From a virus, in IMG/VR virus record IMGVR_UViG_3300025928_000005, positions 32,001-96,000 of that record: a stretch of 64,000 nucleotides of DNA. One strand, written 5' to 3'. Below the pieces are notes generated by a model, which saw only the letters and a program-made list of their open reading frames with translations, did not search any database and was not told the origin of the DNA. The translations under genes and the position numbers were made by a program. Each line of letters opens with the position of its first letter. Positions within the stretch are counted from its first letter, which is position 1. Below, in pieces: positions 35,935 through 45,333 of this stretch.

Positions 35935-35963
35935 TTTACATTCACCGCCCGTGCTGGTAGGGT
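35935..35963 (+). promoter_or_regulatory. promoter TTTACA-N17-TAGGGT
   Basis: Repeated phage promoter motif. Confidence 0.7.
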
Positions 35964-35994
35964 CGTACCAGGCAGGAACGAGCGAGGGAGTCAG

Positions 35995-36285
35995 ATGGGC
36001 AGGGACAAGCCGGCCTTCAAGAAGGCCGACGCGGTCACGAGCGCCAAGGACCGCACGCGGAACGGCGTCATCGTGGAGGTCCTCGGGGCCAACGAGAGGG
36101 GCGTGTTCCGCTACAAGGTGGTCTGGCCCGCCGACAGGATGCGCGAGACCGAGGAGCTGGAGACCGACCTGGTGCCGCTCAAGGGAGGCAGCGGCGGTCG
36201 TCGCCACGTCACCAACGTCTTCAAGGGCACCGTCCACGGCAAGCTGACCCAGTCGGGTGACGGTACCTTCCTCTTCGACGAGTAG
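35995..36285 (+). CDS. hypothetical protein (SH3-like)
   Basis: GAGGGAG RBS; first gene after the promoter. Confidence 0.65.
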   Translation: MGRDKPAFKKADAVTSAKDRTRNGVIVEVLGANERGVFRYKVVWPADRMRETEELETDLVPLKGGSGGRRHVTNVFKGTVHGKLTQSGDGTFLFDE

Positions 36286-36312
36286 CCCCCGAGCCAGGAA
36301 CGAGGAACTGAG

Positions 36313-36771
36313 ATGAGCGAGCAGATCAGACGCGGCACCCGCGTCAAGGTCAACGAGAGCAACCGCCTCGAGTCGATGCACGGCAAGCGAGGCACCGTCG
36401 TCGCGACCCTGCCCGACGCGACCTACATGGTCTACCTCGACGAGCTCGAGGAGGTCGTCGGCTTCTTCCGGAGCGAGATCGACGTTCGCATCGAGCCGGT
36501 CGTCAAGCGGATCCGGACGCGCGACGAGCTGCTGACCCTGAAGGCCGAGCTGGGTGTTGGGAGCGACTGGCACGAGCCGGACAACGAGGGCGTCACGGCG
36601 AGCGTCCACGGCGTCAGCTTCGACAACGCCGGCTTCTGGTACCGCGACAACAGCGCCGGCAAGACCTACGAGGAGCTGCACGTCGTGCTCCGCAAGGACG
36701 GGGACGAGGTCGCCGTCGTCAACCTCGCGACCCTGTTCGCGTTCGCGACCGGCTACGAGGGGGAGGGGTGA
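36313..36771 (+). CDS. hypothetical protein
   Basis: CAGGAACGAGGAAC leader; good codon bias. Confidence 0.7.
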   Translation: MSEQIRRGTRVKVNESNRLESMHGKRGTVVATLPDATYMVYLDELEEVVGFFRSEIDVRIEPVVKRIRTRDELLTLKAELGVGSDWHEPDNEGVTASVHGVSFDNAGFWYRDNSAGKTYEELHVVLRKDGDEVAVVNLATLFAFATGYEGEG

Positions 36772-37010
36772 GGCGCGGGGTCGCGGTCCTGGACTGCGGG
36801 CGGAAGGCCGTGACGGTCACGTCCGCCGGCGGGATCTACGAGGGCACGTGGTCCGGGGCCTTCTCCCGGGCCAAGGCGCTGGACCTGCTCGTGAGCGCCG
36901 GTTGGCGCGAGGCGCCGGGCGAGGACTGGACCGTCTCGCCGGCGGACAACGGCTTCAAGCTCGTGGTCATCCACGACCCGGTGTCCACCGCCGTTCGACG
37001 CCGGCGCTGA
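36768..37010 (+). CDS. hypothetical protein
   Basis: GTGA coupling. Confidence 0.6.
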   Translation: MRRGVAVLDCGRKAVTVTSAGGIYEGTWSGAFSRAKALDLLVSAGWREAPGEDWTVSPADNGFKLVVIHDPVSTAVRRRR

Positions 37011-37013
37011 CGC

Positions 37014-37053
37014 GGAGGGGGCGGTTGAGGTGTTGGCCTCAGCCGCCCCCTCC
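37014..37053. terminator. hairpin between convergent units
   Basis: 17-bp stem with one G-T pair. Confidence 0.6.
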
Positions 37054-37176
37054 AGCGCGTCGAGAAGCAGGACGATGATCATCACCGTGAAGGCGAGCAG
37101 CATCACCAGCGTCCACACCAGGTAACCCACGCCGCTCCGCTCGTTCCAGTTTCCGCGTTAAGGCTAGGGTACCAGG

Positions 37177-37830
37177 TCAGCGATGGCAGAGCGGCAGCAG
37201 GTTGACGCTGAGCTCGGTGAAGAGGCGGCGACCGAGCTCGCCGTCATCGAGCTCCTCGAGCTGGTCCCACGTCTCGTGGCCGAGCCCTCGGGCGATCGCG
37301 TAGGTCGCCGCGGCGTGGGCGCGCTCGGCGGCGTGCCGCCACTCGAGGTGTGAGCGGCTCTCGTCGAAGGCGGCGTCCCACCGGTTCTCGTCGCCGTCGA
37401 ACGTGAACTCGACCTCGTGGCGCTCGTCGATCACCCGAACCGAGCTGTAGCCGTAGCCGCTCAGGGCCCTCTCGTGGTCGGTGGGAACCTCGGTGAACCG
37501 GTAGGGCAGCTGTCGCGGATCTGACGTGGTGGCGCAGACGACGACGAAGGCGACCTCGTTGGATCCGTCCTCCTCAGCCTGGATCGCGACGCAGAGGTAG
37601 GGCCAGCCGTGAAGGCGATCGAGCTGCTTGGTCGGCACGACGGCCTCCACGAGCACGTCGTCGGCCTCGTTGAGGGTGAGCCTCGCGGCGCCGACGAGCT
37701 GGTCGCGCACGTTTCGGAGCGTGACCCGGCCGTCGGCGGGGAGAGCGACGCCGTTGGCGAGGCGGTCGGTTCGGCGCACGTGCTCGCCGCGGATGGCGAC
37801 GCCGCGCAGGGTCAGATAGGTATCGGTCAC
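37177..37830 (-). CDS. hypothetical protein
   Basis: Part of a short minus-strand operon. Confidence 0.6.
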   Translation of the reverse strand: MTDTYLTLRGVAIRGEHVRRTDRLANGVALPADGRVTLRNVRDQLVGAARLTLNEADDVLVEAVVPTKQLDRLHGWPYLCVAIQAEEDGSNEVAFVVVCATTSDPRQLPYRFTEVPTDHERALSGYGYSSVRVIDERHEVEFTFDGDENRWDAAFDESRSHLEWRHAAERAHAAATYAIARGLGHETWDQLEELDDGELGRRLFTELSVNLLPLCHR

Positions 37831-37831
37831 G

Positions 37832-38248
37832 TCACACCAGCTTCAAGACGATGTCGGCATCGGGGTCGCAGTGGTACGAGGCACAGATCCGGTGGTAGCC
37901 GGTGACGATGATCGGCAGCCGGCGGACGTTGCCGCGGAGGCAGAGCACGGGCGAGAGCTTGTGGCCGCCCGAAATGCGGACGAGCTCGGCGGTGACGTGG
38001 GGATCCTCGCGGGGAAGCAGTGGAAGGTCAGCTGCCCTGAGCAGGTCGAGGGGGTGACGCCGGTGCGTGTCAACCTGGGTGCGGAGGTTCTCGACGATGA
38101 CCGCGGCGACGTCGTCATCCATCAGCAGGCTGAGGTACATGAACGCCGCGGTGAGCTCCGTCTCGGGAACCTCGGCTCGCCACCGGGCACGGCGCGCGGT
38201 GAGGGGGTCGGGTCGTCGCCTGGCTCCCTTGCTCCCTCGGTCAGCCAC
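37832..38248 (-). CDS. hypothetical protein, degenerate ParB/Srx-like
   Basis: LSPVLCL...IIVTGYHRICASY. Confidence 0.55.
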   Translation of the reverse strand: MADRGSKGARRRPDPLTARRARWRAEVPETELTAAFMYLSLLMDDDVAAVIVENLRTQVDTHRRHPLDLLRAADLPLLPREDPHVTAELVRISGGHKLSPVLCLRGNVRRLPIIVTGYHRICASYHCDPDADIVLKLV

Positions 38249-38414
38249 GCTTGCGGACTCCCAGCTCGACGAGGTAGATGATGGCCTGTCGCTCGGTCCA
38301 GCCGCCCTTCACGAGGGACGTGAGGATCTCGTGCATGGCGATCGCGTCCTGCACGAGCTTGGACGCGACCTCACCGTCGAACTCGCCCAGGTCGGGGGTC
38401 GGGTCGTCACTCAC
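38241..38414 (-). CDS. small hypothetical protein
   Basis: AMHEILTSLVKGGWTERQAI; coupled. Confidence 0.55.
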   Translation of the reverse strand: MSDDPTPDLGEFDGEVASKLVQDAIAMHEILTSLVKGGWTERQAIIYLVELGVRKRG

Positions 38415-39066
38415 CGGGCACCTCGCCCGTGTGTCGGCGGCGTCCCTTGCCACGGTTGGGGTAGGCCGCGAGCACGTCGGGGTTGAACAGGTCGGCCGCG
38501 GTGACGTTGAGCAGCTCGCAGGCCCGCACGACGAGGGACTCCGCCGGCAGACAGCCACCGTAGGCCCAGGCGATGTAGTTGCCCTGGTTGAAGTTGTCGA
38601 CCGGGAGGTCGAGGGCGTTCGCCTCCTCCGTGAACCGGCGAGCGGTGTAGCCGCGCTCGCGAACGAGATCGCGGATGGGCTGCCAGCCCCACTTGGTGCG
38701 GTTGGGGTTGGGGGTGCGGTGGCCGCCGCGTCGGGGCGTGAGCTCGGTCTCCACCCAGGCAGCGAACCGGGCGCGCTCAGGGTCACCGTCCAGGTCGGCG
38801 AGGCGGCGGACGCCGGCGGCGGTCACGGCGTCGACCTGGGTGAGCTGGAACCGCTCGTAGGTGTCGACCAGGTCTCGCTCCTCGGGGCTGAGGGTGGTGA
38901 GCTCGTCGGGGTGGATCCCGAGGGCGAGGCAGGCGTCCTCGGCGTAGACGAGGACCCGTTCGCTGGGGGTGCCGGGCTCGAGCACGAGGTGCCGCACCGC
39001 CATGAAGCTGAGAGGGTAGTTGAGCACCCGTCGAGTGGGCGCGGGTAAGGCCTTGACGTCATCCAT
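38407..39066 (-). CDS. BRO-N-like + XRE-HTH-like DNA-binding protein (antirepressor/repressor candidate)
   Basis: AEDACLALG...AGVRRL...ARFAAWVETELTP; C-terminal RACELLNVTAADLF; divergent from a promoter. Confidence 0.6.
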   Translation of the reverse strand: MDDVKALPAPTRRVLNYPLSFMAVRHLVLEPGTPSERVLVYAEDACLALGIHPDELTTLSPEERDLVDTYERFQLTQVDAVTAAGVRRLADLDGDPERARFAAWVETELTPRRGGHRTPNPNRTKWGWQPIRDLVRERGYTARRFTEEANALDLPVDNFNQGNYIAWAYGGCLPAESLVVRACELLNVTAADLFNPDVLAAYPNRGKGRRRHTGEVPGE

Positions 39067-39125
39067 GTTGAAGACTCTACCAGCGGTACGATGTTGATGA
39101 CAACCGAGAACGTTCAGCATTGCTG

Positions 39126-39154
39126 TTTACATCTTAGCCGCGTGGTGATACGGT
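39126..39154 (+). promoter_or_regulatory. promoter TTTACA-N17-TACGGT
   Basis: Repeated motif followed by CAGGAACGAGGAAC. Confidence 0.7.
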
Positions 39155-39191
39155 ATCTCCAGGAACGAGGAACCGAGGAGAGGAGCTCCCG

Positions 39192-39566
39192 ATGTCGAAG
39201 AGGTCGGAGCGCAAGCGGCTGCTGAGGGTTCGCCGCGAGCTCGCGGCGGCGACCCGCCACCTGAACCGGATCCACCGCCTGACCGACAGCGGCGAGCCGC
39301 AGCCGGCGCGGGTCTGGCTCGAGCGGGTCGGCCTGGACGAGGACCTCGCGAGGCGCTTCGCGCCCGTGTTCTCCCGCGGCGTCAAGACGAGCGTGACCGG
39401 CGAGACCGAGATCAAGATCCACGCTCACTCGCGGCTCGGCTACAAGAAGGTGCCGGTGAAGAGGTACCGGCGCGACGAGTTCTTCGCGCAGCTCCCCGTC
39501 GCCGTCTCCCGGATCAAGGACCCGACCGCGAAGCGTGAGTTCGCCCGCGTCGCGGCGATCTACTAG
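39192..39566 (+). CDS. hypothetical basic protein
   Basis: RBS and promoter present. Confidence 0.65.
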   Translation: MSKRSERKRLLRVRRELAAATRHLNRIHRLTDSGEPQPARVWLERVGLDEDLARRFAPVFSRGVKTSVTGETEIKIHAHSRLGYKKVPVKRYRRDEFFAQLPVAVSRIKDPTAKREFARVAAIY

Positions 39567-39585
39567 ATATAAGGAGCGACGAGCC

Positions 39586-39828
39586 GTGAGGATCTTCCAC
39601 GTCGACCGCAGGCTCAGCCGGAGCGACTACGGTTGGACCCGGGGCGCGATCGTCATCGCCCTGAACGAGACCGCGGCCAGGCACCTGGTCGACGGCCTCT
39701 CGATGTCCAAGCAGTTCAACGACCCGACGGACCTGTGGCTGTCCCCGGAGCACTCCACCGCGCGTGAGCTGGGGGTCGCCCACGGCACCGAGGAGGAGAT
39801 CGTGCTGACCGACGAGGAAGAGGGGTAG
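39586..39828 (+). CDS. hypothetical protein
   Basis: AAGGAG RBS. Confidence 0.6.
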   Translation: MRIFHVDRRLSRSDYGWTRGAIVIALNETAARHLVDGLSMSKQFNDPTDLWLSPEHSTARELGVAHGTEEEIVLTDEEEG

Positions 39829-39974
39829 AGCCGTGCCGTGGTGCGGACGGTGCCAGCGGGTCATCCAAAACGGGTGCTGCTGTGGGTGTGGCTGCCGGCT
39901 CGCGAGCCCGGACTGGTTCGCGAGCCTCGACGCAGGTACTGTAACAGTTGATGAACTGAGCGAGGGGAGCGAGG

Positions 39975-40451
39975 GTGGGAAGCGACGCGCACGGTGACCT
40001 CGTGTACGGGGTGCCGCTCGGCGGCAGCGACGAGGGTTGGCTCCTGACGGGGCCCAAGGATAAGTGGGGTGACGTCAGCCTCGAGCCGGAGCACCTCCCG
40101 TGGCTGACGCCGGAGCAGGCCGAAGGCTGGGACCACTTCAGCTACAGCGAGGTGCTCGAGCTCGGGCTCAGGCACCTCGACACGGTGATGTTCAGCCTCA
40201 CCGATCAGCCGCTCAGCGCCGGCCTCGAGGTGCACCAGCACGGCTACGAGCTCAGGTCGTTCGCGCTCGCGCTCAAGAAGCCGCAGTTCGGGGCCTCGTG
40301 GGGTGACGCGACCGACGTCGACTGGCTCGCGCTGAGCGAGGTGGCCGGTGACACGCGGATCACGGTTCAGTTCCGCCGAGTTCTTCAGGAGCTCAACCTC
40401 GAGCCCGTGAACCCTCAGCCACGGTGGTTCCTGACCGCCCACTACTTCTAG
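39975..40451 (+). CDS. hypothetical protein
   Basis: ORF with RBS. Confidence 0.6.
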   Translation: MGSDAHGDLVYGVPLGGSDEGWLLTGPKDKWGDVSLEPEHLPWLTPEQAEGWDHFSYSEVLELGLRHLDTVMFSLTDQPLSAGLEVHQHGYELRSFALALKKPQFGASWGDATDVDWLALSEVAGDTRITVQFRRVLQELNLEPVNPQPRWFLTAHYF

Positions 40452-40459
40452 GGGTCAAC

Positions 40460-40894
40460 GTGCAGACCTTCCTGCCCGACCCCGACTTCGCGACGTCCGC
40501 CGGCGTCCTCGACCGGCAGCGCCTCGGCAAGCAGCGCGTCGAGACGCTGCAGATCATGACGGCCCTGCTGACCGGCACGGGCTGGGTCAACCACCCCGCC
40601 ACCAAGATGTGGCGCGGCCACGAGGTGAAGCTGCTCCACTACCAGGCGGCGATCTGCGACGAGTGGGAGAACCGCGGCTACCAGGACACGTGCTGGGTCA
40701 AGACGCTCAGCCTGGCTTTCAAGCACGGCATCAAGCCCCTGCAGGTGACCGTCGACCCGTCGTGGCTCGGCGACGAGGCGTTCCACCTCAGCCACCGCTC
40801 CAACCTGTTTCGCAAGAACCCAGCACATTACGGCGCGTTCTGGCCGGACGTCCCGGCCGACCTGCCGTACGTGTGGCCCGTGAGAGAGGACTGA
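40460..40894 (+). CDS. pyrimidine-dimer DNA glycosylase-like protein (MSMEG_6728 family)
   Basis: MQTFLP, LDRQRLGKQRVE, GWVNHPATKMWRG, HLSHRSNL.RK and LPYVWP motifs. Confidence 0.85.
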   Translation: MQTFLPDPDFATSAGVLDRQRLGKQRVETLQIMTALLTGTGWVNHPATKMWRGHEVKLLHYQAAICDEWENRGYQDTCWVKTLSLAFKHGIKPLQVTVDPSWLGDEAFHLSHRSNLFRKNPAHYGAFWPDVPADLPYVWPVRED

Positions 40895-40895
40895 G

Positions 40896-41162
40896 GTGCC
40901 TGGTCACCGACACCACGCCGTCCGCTACGGCGAGCTTCCCGAGTGGAACCGCCTCGCCAGCCGGGTGAAGACCGGCTACGAGATCCAGGTGGAGCCGCCC
41001 GACGGCGAGTGGCGTCGGGTCAGACGCAAGCAGCGTGACAGCGAGAACGGGGTCGTCCTCTTCACGTTCGAGGACGGCACCCAGCTCCGCGTCGCGGTCA
41101 CGACCAAGATCAAGGCGCGGCGCACGCCGCTCCCCACCGAGGAAGGAACCGAGGAACAGTGA
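40896..41162 (+). CDS. hypothetical protein
   Basis: Coupled ORF. Confidence 0.55.
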   Translation: MPGHRHHAVRYGELPEWNRLASRVKTGYEIQVEPPDGEWRRVRRKQRDSENGVVLFTFEDGTQLRVAVTTKIKARRTPLPTEEGTEEQ

Positions 41163-41761
41163 AGCTGACTCACCGGCAGAAGCTGCTGGGCACCCTGGCG
41201 GCCGTGGGCCTGCTGCCCATCGCCCTGATGGGTGACGCCTGCTCCAACAACTCCCAGAGCCAGGCCCAGCAGATCACCGAGCAGTACTCGCAGCACTCGC
41301 AGAGCGCGGTGCCTTACCCGCTGACGCAGATGGACGCCGGCGGCTGGACGGAGCGCACCCTCCTGAAGGAGCACCTGCTCCGCCAGAACGACCCCAACGC
41401 GATCCACTACGTCTACTGGATCGTCCCGATGACCGGCGCCCTGGTCGCGCAGTGGACCGTCAAGGGCATGGTCTTCTCGCCGAACAGCCAGCTGACCAAC
41501 ACGCAGTCCATCACGTGGTCGAGCAACGGCGGCAGCGGCGTCGTCGACGCGCCCGGCGACAACGGCACGTGGGGCCCCGAGCCGTTCTGCTACGACTTCT
41601 TCACCACGTCGGGCAACGAGATCCGGCTGCCCTGCAACGGCCTGTCGGCCGTCGAGTCCGACACGCCGATGACCTTCTCTACCCAGCCCGTGATCACCTA
41701 CGACGCGAGCCAGAAGTCGCCGCTCGACAAGGGCGGCCTGTCCAAGATCGGAGGCAAGTGA
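41159..41761 (+). CDS. lipoprotein
   Basis: Basic N-terminus, hydrophobic core and lipobox-like GDAC. Confidence 0.7.
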   Translation: MKLTHRQKLLGTLAAVGLLPIALMGDACSNNSQSQAQQITEQYSQHSQSAVPYPLTQMDAGGWTERTLLKEHLLRQNDPNAIHYVYWIVPMTGALVAQWTVKGMVFSPNSQLTNTQSITWSSNGGSGVVDAPGDNGTWGPEPFCYDFFTTSGNEIRLPCNGLSAVESDTPMTFSTQPVITYDASQKSPLDKGGLSKIGGK

Positions 41762-42237
41762 TGGACGACTTCGCGGACCGGCACCCCGTCGCCTACATCC
41801 TGACGGTGATCTTCTCCGTCATCCTCGTCCTGTTCGTGATCGCCGCGTTCATCATGGGGCTGAGGACCAACTTCAGCTATTGGTGGGGCCAGCAGCAGGC
41901 GACCCAGGACAAGAACTCCGCGGGGAACTTCGAGGCCGCCCAGCGGCAGTTCCTGCAGGACAAGAACGACGTCGACGGCTACGTGCAGAAGATCACCGCC
42001 GCGAGGCAGCAGCTCGCCGACTTCGACAAGGCCCACCCGAGCCTCGCGAGCGAGGACGGCCTCGCGGGCTTGACCGACGCGCAGCAGCGGCAGAGCCTGG
42101 CGACCAACCTGACCGGCCTGCAGCAGCAGTGCGTGAACGTGGTCAACGACTACAACACGAGCGCGAGGGCGTACCTGACCGCGGACTGGCGGGACGCGAA
42201 CCTCCCGGAGCGGCTCGATCCCAACTCCTGCTCCTGA
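41761..42237 (+). CDS. single-pass membrane protein with coiled coil
   Basis: TM ILTVIFSVILVLFVIAAFIMGL; CVNVVNDYN...LPERLD. Confidence 0.7.
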   Translation: MDDFADRHPVAYILTVIFSVILVLFVIAAFIMGLRTNFSYWWGQQQATQDKNSAGNFEAAQRQFLQDKNDVDGYVQKITAARQQLADFDKAHPSLASEDGLAGLTDAQQRQSLATNLTGLQQQCVNVVNDYNTSARAYLTADWRDANLPERLDPNSCS

Positions 42238-42246
42238 GGCGGCGAC

Positions 42247-42444
42247 ATGAGCATCATCCGCTGGTGCACCAGAACGATCGCTCGACAGGCGGCGAGGATC
42301 CGCGAGGAGCGAGCCCACAACCGACACCTCGTTCAGACGAACGAGAGGTTGGTCAAGCAGAACGACACGCTGCGGCTGAGGTTGATCGACCTCGACGTCG
42401 ATCCGGTCAAGGTTCTCGACGAGGAAACCGACGGCGAGGGCTGA
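42247..42444 (+). CDS. hypothetical protein
   Basis: ORF followed by a hairpin. Confidence 0.55.
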   Translation: MSIIRWCTRTIARQAARIREERAHNRHLVQTNERLVKQNDTLRLRLIDLDVDPVKVLDEETDGEG

Positions 42445-42449
42445 GCTAG

Positions 42450-42485
42450 AGCGAGGGGCGGAACCGAGAGGTTCCGCCCCTCGCT
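42450..42485 (+). terminator. 16-bp hairpin with GAGA tetraloop
   Basis: AGCGAGGGGCGGAACC/GGTTCCGCCCCTCGCT. Confidence 0.6.
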
Positions 42486-42552
42486 GTCTGTCTGCAACTT
42501 GATGTGGTATTGTAAACCCCAGTTGCCGTGGAACCAGGAAGGAAGTCGAACC

Positions 42553-43617
42553 GTGAGCGAGACCACGAGGCCGGCGGGGACGACGCCGTTCTACCTCGCC
42601 GCATTGGCCGGCATGGCCGTGTCCCTGAACACCAGCTGGAACTTCTTCGGGGACGTGCTGGGCGTCACCGACGTCGACCGCTACACCATGTTCTTCGTGC
42701 TGGAGCTCGCCCAGGTCGCCTGCGCCTGGGGCATGCGCGCGTCGATCCGCCGGCACGTCGACGGCGACCACCGGCCGTCACCGGGCCCGGCGCGCTGGGT
42801 CGCCTGGGCCCTCTGCGCCGTCTCCGCCTACATGGCGTGGAGCCTCAGCGGCTTCTGGGTCGGCGTCGCCCGGGTGCTGATCGGCCCCCTGCTCAGCCTG
42901 ATCATGCTTCACCTCGCGCTGGGCATCGAGATCCGCGGCCTTCAGGTGGGCAACGACACCACCCTCGCCCGGGTCGGCCGGGAGCTGCGGGAGCGGCTCC
43001 TCTCCCTGCTCGGGCTCGGTGACGAGGAGCGGGACGCCAAGACGATGTCACGGCTCCGCGCGGAGCGCCGCGCCTTCAAGATCCGCATGACCGCGAGCGG
43101 CAAGCGTCGGCACCGGCGCCGCTTCGTGCAGCAGATCGCGCGGGCCGGCGTGGCGAACGACCCGGAGGCCCTCGAGCGCTTCAACACCGGGATGATGCTG
43201 GCCGCGAACGTGAACAAGCTGTGGGACCAGGAGCGGCCGCTGCCACCCGAGCTGACGGGTGCCACGGACGACGTGCCAGGTGTCATCGACGCCGAGGTCG
43301 TGCCAGATGCCACCACCGAGGTGGCACCAGACAGTGACAGTGACAGTGACAGTGACAGTGACAGTGACAGTGACAGTGACAGTGACACCGAGGTGGCACC
43401 TGACACCAAGAGCGTGACACCCAAGGCGGTGCCGCTGACATCCCTCAGCGCCCGGACCCAGGCGGAGGTTGACACCATCCTCGACCTGATGAGCGAGAAG
43501 GGTCTGGACGCGGTCACGATCGAGTACATCATGGAGCACGTTGGCCTGAAGTTCTCCACGGCGGCGCGGCGGCGGCGGGTCGCGGTGGCGCTCTTCGAGG
43601 CTCGACAGGTGTCGTGA
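42553..43617 (+). CDS. SpdB/DUF2637-like four-TM protein with C-terminal HTH-like tail
   Basis: Four hydrophobic helices, then LARVGRELRERLLSLLGLGD; resembles actinomycete plasmid spread proteins. Confidence 0.6.
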   Translation: MSETTRPAGTTPFYLAALAGMAVSLNTSWNFFGDVLGVTDVDRYTMFFVLELAQVACAWGMRASIRRHVDGDHRPSPGPARWVAWALCAVSAYMAWSLSGFWVGVARVLIGPLLSLIMLHLALGIEIRGLQVGNDTTLARVGRELRERLLSLLGLGDEERDAKTMSRLRAERRAFKIRMTASGKRRHRRRFVQQIARAGVANDPEALERFNTGMMLAANVNKLWDQERPLPPELTGATDDVPGVIDAEVVPDATTEVAPDSDSDSDSDSDSDSDSDSDTEVAPDTKSVTPKAVPLTSLSARTQAEVDTILDLMSEKGLDAVTIEYIMEHVGLKFSTAARRRRVAVALFEARQVS

Positions 43618-44432
43618 CACCCGACACCTGACCTGCCACTGCCACCGGTGCCACGTGCCGGTGGCAGTGGCACGTCTGGCACGCGACCCACGTCACGTCC
43701 TCATTCATCAGTTGATGTGATACAGTGATACCACCGAGGAGGTGATGACGGTGAGCGAGAGGCTCGAGAGCGACGAGGAGCAGGTGTTCGCGTCGGCGGC
43801 ACCGGTGCCTGAGGAAGGCCTGGTGAGCGGGTCGGAGACGCCGGAGAAGGAGACCGACCAGGCCTCCAAGGAGGAGGCCCCCAAGGTCCCGACCGGGGGC
43901 AAGGCCCGCCAGGCCGCGGGGCGACCGACGTGGCACCTGTCCCTGACCCTGGGCCTGGTGATCGCCCTAGCCGGCGGGGTGCTCCTGTGGATGCAGTCGC
44001 CGGCGCTGGCGCTGCTCGTTGGCGGCGCCCTGGTCGTGCTGGTGGGGCTCGCCCTCGCCCTGTGGCACCTCTTCGGGTCCGATGCCACCGGCCGTCGAGC
44101 TGCCAACCGCCGTGCCAACGACGTGGCAGCCCGTGCCACCGGGAACCGTGGCAGTGACACCTCACGGCGGCAGGCAGCTGGCAGTGACACCCGCCGAGGT
44201 GCCACCTCGCGTGACACCGGTGGCACCTCACGTGCCACCCGTGCCAACCGCCGTGGCACGCGAGACGGTGACACCGATCCGCGAGGTGCCACTCGCCGCC
44301 GGCGACGTGGCACCGATGACACCCGTGACCCGGCACCGCGTGGCAGGCGACGGGATCGTGCCACCGAGCCCCGTGGCACGGGTGGCACGCCGCGTGACCG
44401 AGGCGGTCAGCCACGGCAGCCGCGTGCCACGC
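43255..44432. repeat. dense field of GTGNCAC-like motifs
   Basis: Dozens of GTGCCAC/GTGGCAC/GTGACAC variants across two ORFs and their intergenic region. Confidence 0.75.
43330..43386 (+). repeat. microsatellite (GACAGT)x9 encoding (Asp-Ser)9
   Basis: Perfect 6-mer tandem repeat flanked by CACCGAGGTGGCACC direct repeats. Confidence 0.95.
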
Positions 44433-45256
44433 CGCCCGGCGGCGGGCGACCGCAGCAGCCGCGCGGCGTCAAGGACCCGACCGGTGGCCGGCAGCCGGCA
44501 CCGAACGCGGAGCGAAACCCGTACCGCAACCGAAACCGCAACCCGTACTGGAACCGCGACCGTGACCGACCCGGCTTCTGGCGTGAGCGCACCTGCGTCA
44601 ATGGCGGCCGCCCACCGATCACCAAGGTGCCGAAGGCTGAGGACGCCGCGGCCGACGAGGGAAAGAGGCCGGTGAGGTTGAAGCCACTTCGCTGGCGAAG
44701 CCGTCGAGGGAAGCTGCCGGTCCCGCAGGAGCCGAGGCCGGCTCGAGCCAAGGTGACCAAGCCGCCGCGGGAGCCGAGGCGTCCCAACGAGACCAGCGTG
44801 GAGTGGCCGAACGTGGATCAGGACCACTACGAGCCGGTGATCGCGAGCAAGCTGCCGCGCATCACCCACGCGAGGCGAGCGGTCAAGCTGCCGCCCATCT
44901 ACCACCGCAAGGGTGAGCCCCAGTGGCCCACCGACGACGAGGACCAGCGGGGACCCACCGTCCCCCCGCAGCGAGACAGGAGAGGCACCGTGGTAACCCC
45001 TGATCAGATGACCCGGGCCGACTGGGAGGCCCACTGCAGCCGGGCGGCCAACCTGGCTACCAAGGCGGCTCAGGCGAAGGACGAGCTGGCCACGAGGGCC
45101 CTCCAGGAGGCTCAGCTCCTGGACGGCATGGATGACCCGGAGATGCGGGAGGCGCAGGCCAACCACCTCCACGCGGCCTCCCGGGCGGCCCTCGACGGCG
45201 AGGTTCGCCGTCACAAGGCCGCGATCTGGAGCTCCCTGGGCCAGAATCCCGTGTAG
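43742..45256 (+). CDS. two-TM protein with long Arg/Gly/Thr low-complexity region
   Basis: GAGGAGG RBS and two TM helices. The last ~85 aa may also be expressed from an internal AGGAGAGG RBS. Confidence 0.6.
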   Translation: MMTVSERLESDEEQVFASAAPVPEEGLVSGSETPEKETDQASKEEAPKVPTGGKARQAAGRPTWHLSLTLGLVIALAGGVLLWMQSPALALLVGGALVVLVGLALALWHLFGSDATGRRAANRRANDVAARATGNRGSDTSRRQAAGSDTRRGATSRDTGGTSRATRANRRGTRDGDTDPRGATRRRRRGTDDTRDPAPRGRRRDRATEPRGTGGTPRDRGGQPRQPRATPPGGGRPQQPRGVKDPTGGRQPAPNAERNPYRNRNRNPYWNRDRDRPGFWRERTCVNGGRPPITKVPKAEDAAADEGKRPVRLKPLRWRSRRGKLPVPQEPRPARAKVTKPPREPRRPNETSVEWPNVDQDHYEPVIASKLPRITHARRAVKLPPIYHRKGEPQWPTDDEDQRGPTVPPQRDRRGTVVTPDQMTRADWEAHCSRAANLATKAAQAKDELATRALQEAQLLDGMDDPEMREAQANHLHAASRAALDGEVRRHKAAIWSSLGQNPV

Positions 45257-45333
45257 GATTGAGGCGAGCGGCATCTCGACCCCCGACCGGAATGGTCGGG
45301 GGTCGAGGTCGCTCTACGGAAAGAGGAAAAAAG

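Noticed and set aside
34089-35945. ORFs called across the RNA array
   Set aside because: They overlap clear tRNA and Y RNA structures and lack coding bias.
43330-43386. Sdr-type adhesin SD repeat
   Set aside because: Only nine units of a single codon pair, with no LPXTG anchor; better explained as a DNA microsatellite.
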